NCBI GenBank assembly: GCA_964057225.1
Contig: OZ059896.1
Coordinates: 18,414,001-18,478,000 of the forward strand
Direction: 5' to 3'
DNA length: 64,000 nucleotides
Source: Auanema rhodensis
Lineage: Eukaryota; Animalia; Nematoda
Under the pieces are notes generated by a model. The model was not told the origin of the DNA. It ran no database searches and saw nothing but the letters and a program-made list of their open reading frames with translations. The position numbers were made by a program, and so were the translations under genes. Shown in pieces: positions 20,431-33,128 of this stretch (positions are counted from its first letter, which is position 1; each line of letters opens with the position of its first letter).

Positions 20431-23340
20431 ATGCCACCGGTCACGTTGTGCCTGCCTTTATTGGCACTCTCATGCCTTCCCATTGGGTCGGCAAAATATC
20501 AGATTTGTGCTCATTCTGAAGGGGGTATATTAGTAACACCTCCTGTGGTCACAGGCTGCCATAAGGCAGAAATTGAAAAGGCTCACAGTGTTGAGGTAGA
20601 AATATATCTACCAAAAGCTGAGATAGAGTCATGGGAAGGATGGAAATGCTATGTGAAAAAGTATACAAGCTGTGTGAGAGATTTCATGTTTTTGAGAGAT
20701 CGTAACACCACATTTTCTCAAATTGAAACAGTAGATAAGAAAGATTGTGTTCGAGCACATAGAAATCGTATGTGGAATGATAAAATCATGAATGCCCAAC
20801 AGCATTCAGTTTTTGAAACACCATTAAACGAGCATAATCCAACTCGCTCGTGGTCCACTGAAGAATGTGTAGAAATTGAACAATTTGTATTGAAGCGAGG
20901 GATAATAACTAGATTGAAAGAAGATCACATTGTATCAGATTTATTTATAAATACTGATAATTGTAAAGGAAATGAAGGGTTTTGTGCAACTGGTGAAGGT
21001 GCAGTTATCTGGCAACCACCTATCCCATCAGTTGTCTGTCACTATCAAAAACTTGGCCCCTTCTCCGCCATGTTGGGTGATCATATTCTTCTAGTTCACT
21101 CTATTGAAAGCGCTTTTGTTCTCCAAAATCATTCCACATCCGCTCACGTTCAATCTTGTTTCGAATTCGCTGTTTTTAAATCACAATGTGATCTTCTGAG
21201 GCAATTATCCAATTTACAGCATATCCCCGTGTTTATAATTTGCTTGATCTTTCCAATACTTTGCTTAATGCTGATAGACGCAGAAATAAACGTAATGCAT
21301 TACCTCAAAGACATTGCTCTTTCAGTGATGATTATCTTTTTGTTAATGCGAAATCCCAACCATATGCGTTTCCATTTCTAAGACCTACTTTCATTTTTGG
21401 ATCTGCATCTATCACTAAGTTTTACGCAAAATATATGAGATATGCAGCTACATCATCTTATGAAAGTTTGCTCCAATTCGCGATAGATAATCCACTGTTC
21501 ATTGACACAATTGTTAGTTTAGGATTGACAAAAGATCACATAACTAACTGGGCAAAGTCTAATAATTTCAAAGATCCCAATCTTTTGATTTTACAATGTA
21601 TGGGTATAGAGGAAATTAAACTGGCTACTAGACAGATGATCAATAGCATGAAATTGGATGATCTTATCACTCAAGTAGCTCGTCGTATAGAAGTTCCTCG
21701 GTTAAAAAGATCTCTGATGAAATCTACAACATCCATAGAAGATTTCTTTCGAGGAATGGCTCACGCAGTAGTATATCAAGCCACAATTCTTGATGGTACA
21801 CAAACAGTTCCATCAATCGAACAGTTGGTAAGAACCTTATATCCATCTATATTACCACGCAGTGGAAATATGAATGAATCTGAAATTATTGCACCTGCTC
21901 AAGGCATGTTATTCATGATCCAACAACAATCGGGAAAAGAACAAATATCTCGTGACATGCAAGTCAGTCGACAACAAAAAGCTGATGCTACTGTTAGAAA
22001 CAACCAAGAGCAAGATTTAGCAATTATATCCAAGCTGCCTGACTATCACAACCTTTATACAAAGAATAGTACAGCATATTATGGATTTCCTCCACAGTCC
22101 ATCGAATACCCACAGGAAAATCCTAAATTCAATAAAACAGAAGTTTTAGAATTCATAAGTTGGGTTAAAACTCAAATCACAACTGATAAAAATATGGTAC
22201 AGCATACTACTGTAACCCCAATAACTGCCATCAAAACTACAATTCGTAGTTTAACAACTCCTACCCCTAATGAGTACGAGAGAGGTCGAGAGTTGTATGC
22301 AGCAGAAGTATATGACAATGTTCTCCACAAATCAGAGCATAAAACTAAAACGATAATAGAAGTTGAATTATGGGTTTGAGAAAGCGCGTCTCTCCATAAT
22401 TGACGAATTTCATCAACAGTTTCACCATCTGTAAATCTCAAATGGAAACTGTAAAAAGCTGGCAAGCTATATTAAGTATACATCCTACAATAGGAGTAAG
22501 AGCTATGCTTCAGCGGGATGATATCGTTGCCCGATTTGTTGGAAGAAATGTTTAAAAATAACAACTTGTCAGGAAATAGAACCACATTTCATTTATCGTA
22601 ATCATTCTTACAATGATAAATGTTATGCAGAGACCCCTGTTTTAACACACGATAAACAATTATTCTTTGCTCCTATCGATAGCTACGATTTGAGCACTGA
22701 AGGACATGAGATCAATTGTGAACACAAAGAGACAGAGATTTGGTATGAAAATGGAACATGGAGAGATTATAAAGGTGACACACATAAAGTAGATAGTATT
22801 CATTCAGAAAAACATGATCATTATGCTGAATTGAGTAAACTTCGATTCACAGGGCGGAATTTGTTTGAAAATTCGACTGAAAAATCCTTAGCCCTATCTA
22901 TTGGATTAACTTATGGTTATAGTTTATCTACTTCACCTCACCATGATCTTCTCCGCGTAATTTCTCGTTCACATGATTGGCCTCAAACTTCCTCTTTCAT
23001 CTTCAAAGGAAGTAAACTTATAAGAGATGCCAGGAAAATTGTTTTTTCCAATTGGGATCTGTTCATTGACTTTTGTATAGGTTCAATTGAACGAACACTC
23101 ATTACCATCGGTTGTAGAACTCTGATATTATGTCTAATGATAGCATTATATTTCACTATAAAATGTTATCTCTCCCCTACTTCTATGTTAAAAATAAACC
23201 ATATCATGTTGAGCCCAACAGCTCCACCACTTGAGGGAGATGAGATTCATGAAACAGTTAGTGATGAATTGATGCGGAGCTATTTTCCCACCATAATAAC
23301 TTACATTCCTTTAGCCATACCTTTTGTATGTCACACACGT
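20431..23340 (+). pseudogene. env: env family B: gB-like glycoprotein with TM and tail, several stops and frameshifts
   Basis: Signal peptide then YQICAHSEGG; CKGNEGFCATGEGAVIW; RRRNKR; RDDIVARFVGRN; CYAETPV; TM LILCLMIALYFTI; PTAPP; YFPTIITYIP. Confidence 0.83.
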
Positions 23341-24874
23341 GTCACGTCCATTAACCAGTTTAATGTCGCGTAAAGACCTCATAGGTAGATTAGCCAAGTA
23401 TCAACTAATGATACTAGATTTCAACATAAAGATTGAATATCGTCCTGGCAAATTAAACAGTGTCTGTGATGCTCTCTCCAGGTATATAGGAAACGAAGCA
23501 AATGACAGTCGTCCTACTAAACCAAAGGACAAAGTAAAACCTGTTGATGCTTTCATTGCTCATATTACAACTATTTCTTCTATTGACCAACTAAATTGTG
23601 AAGAAATACGGAAAGTTCAAGCTGGAGTTCCCTGGATTCGCGAAGCACTTTCTCAAATTAATAATGATAACTGTCCGGCTAATATATCAGACCGGTATGA
23701 AGAACAAGAAGGCATATTACATGCAAAACAGGCGAAAAATTATTTGAAACCATCTATTATTTTGCCTCGAAACGACAAAATAACTGATGTTGTTATCAAG
23801 TTTTTCCATGAAGATTCCAAAATTGGTGCACACCTAGGTATAAATAAAACTACTGATGCGATTCGACGACGATTCTTTTGGACTAATATGGTTCCACAAA
23901 TAACTGAATTTATTAATCGTTGTACAAAATGTGCAAGTAGGAAATCTAACCCACACCAATCGTATATTCAACCTATGGGAAGATTTGTTATACCCGAAAA
24001 GCCATTTGATCGTATTCATGTAGATATACTAGGTCCTTTACCTCGCACTAATGATGGACATCGATACATCTTGAGTATTCAAGATGCTTTTAGTAAATGG
24101 GGAACAACTTGCCCATTAATAACACAAACGGCTACTGAAATCACAAAAGCGTTTGTAATTAGATTTGTTTTCATATATGGACCACCAATGAGTATGATAA
24201 CCGATAATGGTAGTAGCTTTTTGTCATCTGAATTTCAAGCTATGTGTAAACAATTTGGAATTAAACACACTACTACGTTACCATATCATAAAAATGCTAA
24301 TGGACAAGTTGAGAGACTTCATAGAACTTTGGAAGAAGCTCTCTCTTCATTCGTGAATGAATAACAAACTAACTGGGATATACACCTACCCAAAGTTATG
24401 TTTGCGATCAATACGTTACCAAACTCATCAATATCTATTAGTCCATATGTTGTATTATTTGGTCGGGATGCAAGACTTCCTATTGACCATCAATTGCCTG
24501 GAAATAATCGTCAAACTGAAGAACCAGCCAATCCTACAGAAGATTTTGTCAATAGATCGCTAATACAAAATGAAAGCACATCTAATATAGTGAAAGATAG
24601 AATTGAAACATGCACAAAGAAGAATGAACAACGGTACAATACACGAAATAGAACACAAAATAAAGAAATTCAGGTTAATGACTTAGTTATGATAAAAGTG
24701 AATTCTACTCGAAACAAACTAACACCTTCATTCGAAGGGCCTTATTTAGTTACAGCAGTTCAAAGATCTTTCGTCGTGGTTCAAACAGATAAAGGAAAAA
24801 GCAGAAGAGTACACAAGGACTTCGTTAAACCTTACCAACGGACAACATCTATTCCGGTTATCACAATTTCTTGA
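23340..24874 (+). pseudogene. pol: pol remnant: RNase H C-terminus plus integrase
   Basis: RPLTSLMSR, DALSR, HHCC, HVDI, TDNG, QVER, GPY; internal stop near 24362. Confidence 0.9.
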
Positions 24875-25489
24875 AGGTAGTTTTTTTTTTTTTTTTTTTT
24901 TTTTTACAAAATCAAATTATTGAAATTTTTTAAATTTTATTTTGTGGCATTTCTGATTGTAACACTTCTTTGTTGTTGATTGATTTTCTCTGAAAAGTCT
25001 GCTATTGTTTTACAAGGTTTTGTTTTATTACTCCAACTCTCATTGAGTAGATTTTTTCAACATTCTCTTGTGAATCTTGCTATTTTTTATGCTTAATCAT
25101 TACTTGTATTCACCTTATGGACATTAGTCATACGGGTTAAACGAGTTTTCATTTTTTTTGTACAGAACGGGCTTGACCTATTTTCAGGGTAACACCGTAC
25201 CTGTACAACTCAAGAAAATGAACGACTATATCACAGTCGAATGGTTTAGAAGCAAAGCTCTCGTTTACAAGCATTTCACTACTCAAGTGAATGGAATAGA
25301 ATCTACTCGACACTACATTTCGAATTCAACAAACTTGAAGAGACAATAGCTAAACTTTCAAATCATATTGTATACATTTTTTTTTATCCACTACACCATG
25401 ATTTTTTTTCCAACATCCAACTATCTTAAAAAGTGAATTAATTTATTTTGTTTTTGAACGAGGACGTTCAACTTTTTAAGGTGGGGGGA

Positions 25490-25872
25490 TGTCACATCTG
25501 CAAGCACATGGTAAACATGTGCGCGCTATTCAAATAGCGGGAGCCTGAACAAGCCCCGCCTACAACATGGGACACACATGACACTCTTGCTTCTGGCCTA
25601 ACCCAGATAGGTTGTCTTATAGTCATGTGAGTCTCATCTCTATATCATTTATATATATATACTCTATTAAATACTTCATTATATCTCTTTATATTCTTTC
25701 TTAATGTAATTCTTATATTGTATTTTCTTGTTATCTGATAATGAATCCTTTTCTCTTTAAGTATTTGTCTTAATAAGGAAATCGGGGCGTTCGGGTCTGC
25801 CTACCTAAGGAACAAGGTAGAAGTACATATATCTTCCGACCATGAAGAGACGGGAAGAAACAATATGTAACG
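25490..25872 (+). repeat. 3' LTR, family B
   Basis: Direct repeat of 17760-18140, preceded by the PPT. Confidence 0.95.
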
Positions 25873-26935
25873 ACTGTATTGCCCTTTGTTGGCAATAACC
25901 TTCTCCCACTTTTCTTTCAGCTTTCGAATTCCGTTTCTGAAAAATAGTTTACTTTTAGATGCAAAAAAGATTTTAACAAAATTTTCAACTTCCTCTAAGG
26001 TTTTGAAGTTTTCACCCCTTAAACTATGTTCCATTGATCTAAATAGATGGTAATCTGTTGGAGCAAGATCCGGAGAGTATGGGGGATGCTTCAAAACCGT
26101 CCATTTCATGTCCTGAAGCGTCTGTTGAGCTTTCGCACAACAGTGTGGGCGCGCGTTGTCGTGCAGTAGAGCGATGCTCCTGTTTCTGAGCCCCTCATCA
26201 GCTTCAATGGCAGCATGAAGTTTTCTGAGTTGCTCAGAATAAAAATAGGAGCAGAGAATCCACTTCTCGTCTCCAGTTACCAAACTTTTGAAAAAACCCC
26301 TTTTTTGGCTCATTTTCAGAAGATCCTGAGCCAAACTTATTCTTGATCTGAGATTACTCTCAGTCAGAACATGCGGGGAAAAAGGTGAAATTTTATGGAT
26401 TTTACCCATTTTTTTCAACCTTTTTGAAATAGCAACATCGCTGACTTTCAGAATGTTTCCCCATTTGAAGCTGAGTTGCTCCAGGATTCTCATCCAAAAC
26501 ATTCTGAAGGTCTGCGTTGCTGAATTTCTTACCAGCGCCAGACCTTGGACGATCTTTTAAATCGGTTCCGCCCGCTCTAAAACGCGAATACCATCTTTTG
26601 CAGGTGCTGTAGTTTGGAGATGAATCTCCATAAACAGCTCTCATTTTTTTAAAGGCTGCTTTCGCAGATAATCCTTCATTAAAATGATAAAAAAGAGTAT
26701 GGCGCGCATGAGTAGAATTCATAACGGAAAACAGCAAAAAAAAAGATGGAAAATAAAAATCAATTTTTCAAACAAAAAAATTTGTTTTTTGAAATTTTTT
26801 TTTTGATAATATTGTTTTAAAATATTCAAATTTCCTTAATTTTAAATAATTTTGAATTTTAATTTTTTTTCTAAACTTTTCGAAAAAATTCGAAAAACTA
26901 GGGGGGGGGCGCAAGACTTAGTTCGGGACCTAATA
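25873..26935 (-). mobile_element. Mariner (DD34D) element with degraded transposase; last codons continue left of 17760
   Basis: HTH N-terminus; TGDEKW, HDNARPH, YSPDLAPTDYHLF; TIR-like end tattaggtcccgaactaagtcttgcg next to TA at 26936-26937; frameshift and internal deletion. Confidence 0.92.
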
Positions 26936-29540
26936 TATCCTGACCCCATTTTAAATGGGACCAAGATTATTAGCATGGTTGTCAAGCCTTTAAGAGGTCA
27001 AAACATTAACCATTTATGTTTTAAAGATAGTTATTTACTAGTGCCTTTACCCTTATCAGCGTTACCCAAGGCATTTGGTGTACCTGATATGAGTAAAGGA
27101 CAATTTCCATACCTCTATAATCACCCAATAAATTATGGCAAAGTGCTACTATCCTTGCCACCAAACCATTACTATTGTACTGCTAGAACGAAAGCAGAAG
27201 ATCTAGCTTCATTCAATGCTTGGTATGAGGAGCGTAATCAAAGTGTGTTTGATTTTGATGAGGAGCTTCTGGAATACTGTAGGACAGATGTCCGTATTTT
27301 AACCAACTGTATGAAAGTGTACATAAAGTTGGCCACCGCCACCACTGGCTGGAATTCTGTCATACAATGCATGACATTCGCCAGTTTTTCTTTATTCCAG
27401 GCAAGTTTTCAAAAATGCAAGCATTGTTTAAAGCAATTGTGTTTCAGTTGAAGATGAACCACATTAAAGAAAATCAAGTGGGTACTCTGCCTGAGACTGG
27501 TTATTATGCCGGCCAGAAGCAGAGTATAATTGCCATAAAGTACATAAAATGGCTAGAACAAGGATTACGCCGCCCATTAATGCATAAGCTTAATGGTGGT
27601 GAATTTGTTGTGAGAGTAGATGGTCAACGCTATCTACTTGATGCTTATGACAGTGTGGCTAATGATGGCTAAATGTAAAAAATGAAACATTTTGTAGTTT
27701 AATGGCTGTATCTATCATGGTTGCCCCCAGTGCACCAACAAGACTGCTATTGCACCAGGCAGAAATGGTGAAACAATGGAAGAGGTAACCAATACTTTTT
27801 TTAATCATTTTAAGCTGAAACATTTAGGTTTATGAAAAAACGACGAAAAGGCTTGAAGCTATTCAATGCCAGGGCATTAGTGTAACCACTGTGTGGGAAC
27901 ACGAAATTACTGCTCAAATGTCATCAAATGAGCAAATGGCAAATTTTATAAAGGTTGTAACTCGATTGGCACCTCGAGATGCCTTCACCGGCGGCCGAAC
28001 TCAAACATATAAGCTTCTGGCCCAAGCTTCGGATAGATACTCACTAGAGTATGTGGACTTTTGTTCACTTTATCCTTATGTAACGGCATTTGATGCCTAT
28101 TACCCTGTAGGTAATTCTAAAGTGATTACTGAGGGCTTTGAGAGTTTTGAGGCATGCTGCCCATACAAGGGCCTTGTGAAATGTGACGTGCTTGCACCCA
28201 CAAATTTGTTGTATCCTGTATTAGGAACACGCATAGGCGGTAAATTAATTTTTACAAACTGCCGCACATGTGCAAACAGAGGCAAAAATGTAACATGCCC
28301 GCACCAAGATGATGAAGACGCTCGAAAGCTGCATCTGACTGTAACGCGTTTAGAGTTCGAATGTGCCATACAGCATGGCTACAAAGTGCTTCATGTTTAT
28401 GAGGTTTGGCACTGGGATGAATGGCAGCAAGGAGGCCTATTCAAGGATTTTGTACAAAAGTACATAAAAATTAAGCAAGAGGCATCGGGCTGGCCTAAGC
28501 CAAATATGACAGAGGCTGAAAAGGTATGTGTCATGAAAAGTATGGCATTAAATAACATTTTACAGCTAAAATATCTCCAAGAGCACGAGGAGAACACTGG
28601 TGTTGCTCTGAAGAGCAACAAAATTGAAAAGAATGCGGCCATGCGTAGCATTGCCAAACCACAGCTGAATAGGTATGTAAACTTTTAAAAATAAAAATTT
28701 ACAAACTTGCTTATAGTGTATGGGGTAAAATGGGTCGAAGACCGGATAAAGCCCAAACCAAAATTATTGGTGTTGAGGATCCTGAAATTGGTAGGATCAT
28801 AACTGATCCTGCAAGGGAGCTCACGGGCTTCAAAATTGTGGACGATGTGGCGTACTGTACAACAGTGCCAGAAGACTCACACTTGGCACCAGCGCCATTT
28901 ACAAATGTAGCCATAGCGGCTTATACAACCGCTCATGCAAGGCTACTATTGTACTACTGTATACTTGTACTACTACTATTGAAAAAATTGGAAAGAACTT
29001 GGTGTATACAGGTAATTTTATACTTTGTATACAATTTAAACGTACATCATTTAGACACCGATTCTCTAATTTATTTAAAATGCCTCGATCAGCCTGATCC
29101 AATTGAGGGTATGAAAGGTGAATGGTTAGGTAAACTAACCTCAGAAATACCCGATGGTTGGTCAATGACCAAATTTGTTTCACCAGCTGCAAAAGTTTAT
29201 AGTTATGAGCTAGTAAATGCAGCTGGTCAGGTCAAGTATATCACCAAGGCAAAGGGAGTGGTAAGTATAAAAATATATTATTGAGAAACTTTTTAAAATT
29301 ACAGACGCTGGACCACACGGCAGCCACCGTGGTAAACTATCAAAGTATGGAGCGATTGGTTCGAGGACTCGTGATGGATGGAGAAAAATTGGTTTTAAAA
29401 ACCAAAACAACATTATTAAAGAGGCAGTTGGTTCCATATCCACGATGGACATGACAAAGAGTACCAAGGTCGTAATGAATAAACTTCGTTATCTAGACGA
29501 TTTTAGTACTTTACCCTATGGTCATTGTGAATACTTTTTA
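26936..29540 (+). pseudogene. Protein-primed family B DNA polymerase, multi-exon, 5' part lost
   Basis: FKDS, KGQFPY, YCRTDV, FNGCIYHGCP, GGRT, DFCSLYP, K..LNSVWGK, YTDTDS and KAKG, several restored by removing 42-47 nt introns; end coordinate approximate. Confidence 0.93.
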
Positions 29541-29672
29541 ATATATTTGAATTTATAAATTTTGTTATTGCGTGTATATTTGTATATGGTTGTATTTATA
29601 AATTTTTATGTATAGTTGTATTAATAAGTTTTATTCTTCTCATCAAATGTTTTAAAGAGTTTATTACATACA

Positions 29673-30818
29673 TTACAAACTGGTATCAATATATGGAGCA
29701 CGATTGTTGTCAAGAATAGAGTCATATTCTGCGTAAACAATAGCATATAAACCCTCTTGCGGCGTTTGTTGACCGAACTCCAATTTCAGGGCCACATTAC
29801 CTTGTCGTATAACATCAAATAACTCGGACGAGTGTACAGTCGGGGAAATATCAAATACAAAAAATGTGAAACCAGCTTTATACATTGCTGGTGTAATACC
29901 ATTGGATGAATCTGTACGACCAAGGCCCAAACCCTCCAACATGTCAATATATGCTGTGGCATAGGAAGAACGCCATTCTAAATTATAAGGGCGGGTAGGT
30001 ATTACCTGATTGTTGAGCGTCAAGTATATATTTTTCAATTCGAACGGTTTAAAGTTGAATGGCGAATGTTTAAAAGTACCATTATAGGCGTGTGCGCCGA
30101 CAAGACCTACTACAACACGTTTCGGTGTATGCGACGTGAGTAATATGTTATTGGGTGAATCCAAACGGCCTCCTTCTATGAAATAAGATCGCATTTTCAC
30201 TGACGTCATGGGGTAGTGTATTCGTTCCTTTACAAGTTTATCTTCTATAGCCATAGCTAATCCAGCGTTTAGATCAAACTCTTGAATAAGCAAGTGTACA
30301 TCGTTGATATCTATTTTCAGGTTTGGAAACTCCTCTTTCATTGCAGCATCCTTGCTTTCATTATTCCATCCAAGTGTGTCAATTAAGAAATTATCACGGT
30401 TTGGATATGCAGTTAGCTCCATTTTTGAATAGTTTACAGACAGTCGTTCCTGATTGAATAAGTCGATACTGATGGGAGCAGCCATCTCACACAATATGCC
30501 ATTTTTAACAAGCCCTTCTCGCGCTCTAAATCCAGGACTGGCTGCATTATCTATATATCTATCCGCATAATAGCCTGATATGGCAAGTTTGCTCTCTTTA
30601 ACATCGTTGCTATACATTAGAATATTCTCAATATATGTTTTGTAGGCATGATTTACGGTAGAGTCATACACGCTAACATCACCAATTTTTAAATGATACG
30701 AGTGTATCAAACTGGCTGCAAATTGTTGGCATGGTGCAAAAACAAGGTTGTCTGGTACTGGATCGCCGTTTGTGGTTACAATTTTGAATTTTACATTCAA
30801 CCAACACCTTCTCAAATT
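29673..30818 (-). pseudogene. Maverick major capsid protein copy B, N-terminus deleted
   Basis: Near-identical to 10249-11452 and keeps the C-terminus (VYAEYDSIL). Confidence 0.9.
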
Positions 30819-30925
30819 AAGTTGCCAGTATACCACCCAGTCCATGACCTCTCTGTATACCACTTTGAAACATCATTCCACTAAATGGCGCCCCACCCAT
30901 TTGTTGATTCAAAAGTGTTGTCCAT
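30817..30925 (-). pseudogene. Core protein N-terminus
   Basis: QQMGGAPFSGMMFQSGIQRGHGLGGILAT, Gly-rich like adenain substrates; continues as LASFLP in copy A. Confidence 0.6.
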
Positions 30926-31010
30926 TGAATTGAGTTCAAGTCTAGAAGGAGGTGTAGCATATTGAACCGCACGTGCGCAATACAAAAGTTACACTGGATC
31001 ATTTTACTAA

Positions 31011-31466
31011 ATGTATTCGTCTGAAATAGCGTCACTATTGCGATCTGTCCGCATCACTCGAAAACTATTCCTAGGTGTATTTAGCGCCAATACTCTACCC
31101 AAAACACGTCGAAAGAATTTTGCACTTGTTGTAAATACTGACACACACGATAAACCGGGCACACATTGGCAAGTCATCTTTGTACGTAATGATCAAGCCT
31201 ACTTTTTTTGTAGCTTGGGTTATAAAATGAACAAGTACATTCGTCATTAACTGGCCAAATATAAAAATGTAAAAGTTAATACTTGCAAACCACAACGCAT
31301 AATTGAATACACTTGTGGTGGTTATGCAATATTTGTAATACTAATGTTGTCAGCTGGTAATACATTTGAAAACATTTGTTCATTATTTAAACTATTACAA
31401 AACGATGATGTCTTTATTAAAGCGTTTATGCATAAAGTATTCGACTATAAATTATCTAGCATATGA
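31011..31466 (+). pseudogene. Adenain-like protease copy B (premature stop at 31248-31250)
   Basis: MYSSEI...NTD...GTHW...TCGGY. Confidence 0.88.
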
Positions 31467-31512
31467 GCAACTTCGCCATTAAAACGTCACCTGCTACATT
31501 AGGTGGTCAGTT

Positions 31513-31683
31513 ATGAATATTCCCTGTCACTGTGAATTATGTATAAGATACACGTTGGAACAATCTGTACGAACACCCCTGTACAAAAAGATTTCGAAAC
31601 GTATTTCAGTGCCATTCATTGAAGGAATATCTCTGGGACTAGGCTTTTGTACAACACTAGTCATTACTCCACTCATTATATAA
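31513..31683 (+). CDS. 56-aa putative membrane microprotein, copy B
   Basis: MNIPCHCELC...EGISLGLGFCTTLVITPLII*. Confidence 0.5.
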   Translation: MNIPCHCELCIRYTLEQSVRTPLYKKISKRISVPFIEGISLGLGFCTTLVITPLII

Positions 31684-31724
31684 AAGTGAGTTGACTGTGT
31701 GTGGTTGTTTTTTATTTTCCTCTA

Positions 31725-32189
31725 ATGGTACTTTTATGTAACAAGTATTGTGTTACGTGCAAGGAAATATTTTCATCAACCAAGCATTTTAGTGATCACG
31801 TATTGAAAAGACATAACAGGATTCAACCCGTATGTAACAGTTATATCTGCAATGCTGACTTTATTCAAAAATATGGACATTTGGATGGTGTTCGTAGACG
31901 TTTGTGCCCTTATTGTAGTGAAACTTTTGGAACAAGATTCAATTGTCAGCTTCATATTCGGCGTCTTCATAATAGTAATGGAACGAATGGTAAAGATGGT
32001 GATGGAAATGACACTAGCGAACCCTCTGAAAAAACTGAGGAGTTTGTACAGTCAACCGAACCAAAACGATGCCGCAGCAATAGTGACGGAGAACATTCAC
32101 AACACGAGCCGAGCGACAAACAAAACTGCCCTGAACTATCTTTTAAACCTTCGAAAATAAAAATGTGTTATTGTATAACTGTTGAATAA
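31725..32189 (+). CDS. Maverick two-finger C2H2 protein
   Basis: CVTC...HVLKRH and CPYC...HIRRLH; TATAAAA about 45 bp upstream. Confidence 0.7.
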   Translation: MVLLCNKYCVTCKEIFSSTKHFSDHVLKRHNRIQPVCNSYICNADFIQKYGHLDGVRRRLCPYCSETFGTRFNCQLHIRRLHNSNGTNGKDGDGNDTSEPSEKTEEFVQSTEPKRCRSNSDGEHSQHEPSDKQNCPELSFKPSKIKMCYCITVE

Positions 32190-32197
32190 AACGTTTA

Positions 32198-33049
32198 TTT
32201 CATATTTTTAACATGTAATGTAACAACTGTAGAACCATAATTAAATTGCATAGGACGACCAAATTCATCTAAAATTTCAATACGTATGGTATCGAGTGTT
32301 TGCTAAGTGATTGGTACATAACGAATAGGATTAAATGTTTTGGCAATCATTTTACCAAATTCAGTAGGAGGTGGTACAGGTAAACATGCAAGTAAATTAG
32401 CTTTCACATTACCGAGAATGGAATATTCTACAATATCACAATATATATACATCGTATTAATGTTGTTTGAAAAATCGGGGCGCCTGGCTATTAACGTGTC
32501 GTTGATAATTTTATTCTCAAAGCCAAGAAAATATGCGAGAGCATCACCGAGTGTTGCATTCAATAATAGCCGCTTACTTGTTACAAACTCTATGCGTTGT
32601 AGTGTTTTGTTAAACCGAAACGCGGCGTCTGCCAGCATTTCCTTGACAAGTTTAGCCTCAGCTTGTCGATTATTATACCACTTTTTCACATCTTCATCTT
32701 TATCTATCAAACCCTTTATACGTGCTTCTTCCTCAGCTCCAAGAGGTTTAGTGCTGCTAGCAATAAATTGTTCTTTTCCAGCATTGATTCCGCGTATTAT
32801 TTCATCACCATTTGCATAGTTACCTTTGGGTAAGTGCAGAATAAACTTTCTGTTGGAAAAACGTAGTGTATAAGAAAGATTTTCTGGTACATTTAATATC
32901 GAACACGGAAAAATTATGTCTGTCAGCCCAATGCAATATCTGTTATTGCGTAGCCTTAATGTTTCAGGTAACCTGATAAGAAACACTGATGAGGTATTAC
33001 TTTTTTCAGAGTCAACTGATGATGGAAGAGTAATGTAAAAATCATCCAT
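32198..33049 (-). pseudogene. Maverick minor capsid (premature stop at 32303-32305)
   Basis: MDDFYITLPS..NTSSVFLIRLP..YCIGLTDIIFP..MYIYCDIVE. Confidence 0.85.
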
Positions 33050-33128
33050 GACAAACCACCACTTGATACGTGTACACTATTGCAAATGAAATCATTTGCA
33101 TTTAAGGTACATTCACGAGTGGTTGATT

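Larger units (their letters stand above)
17760..25872 (+). mobile_element. Ty3/Gypsy family B (gag-env-pol, PR/RT deleted), inserted in the mariner
   Basis: LTRs 17760-18140 and 25490-25872; TSD ACTG (17756-17759, 25873-25876); PBS 18141-18153; PPT aaggtgggggga 25478-25489. Confidence 0.95.

Noticed and set aside
25801-25872. C-terminal extension of the mariner ORF
   Set aside because: Reads into the inserted LTR; the true end (GQYSI*) lies left of 17760
26852-26935. N-terminus of ORF 26852-27451 as the pPolB start
   Set aside because: It is read-through from the mariner end; pPolB sequence begins at the TA site
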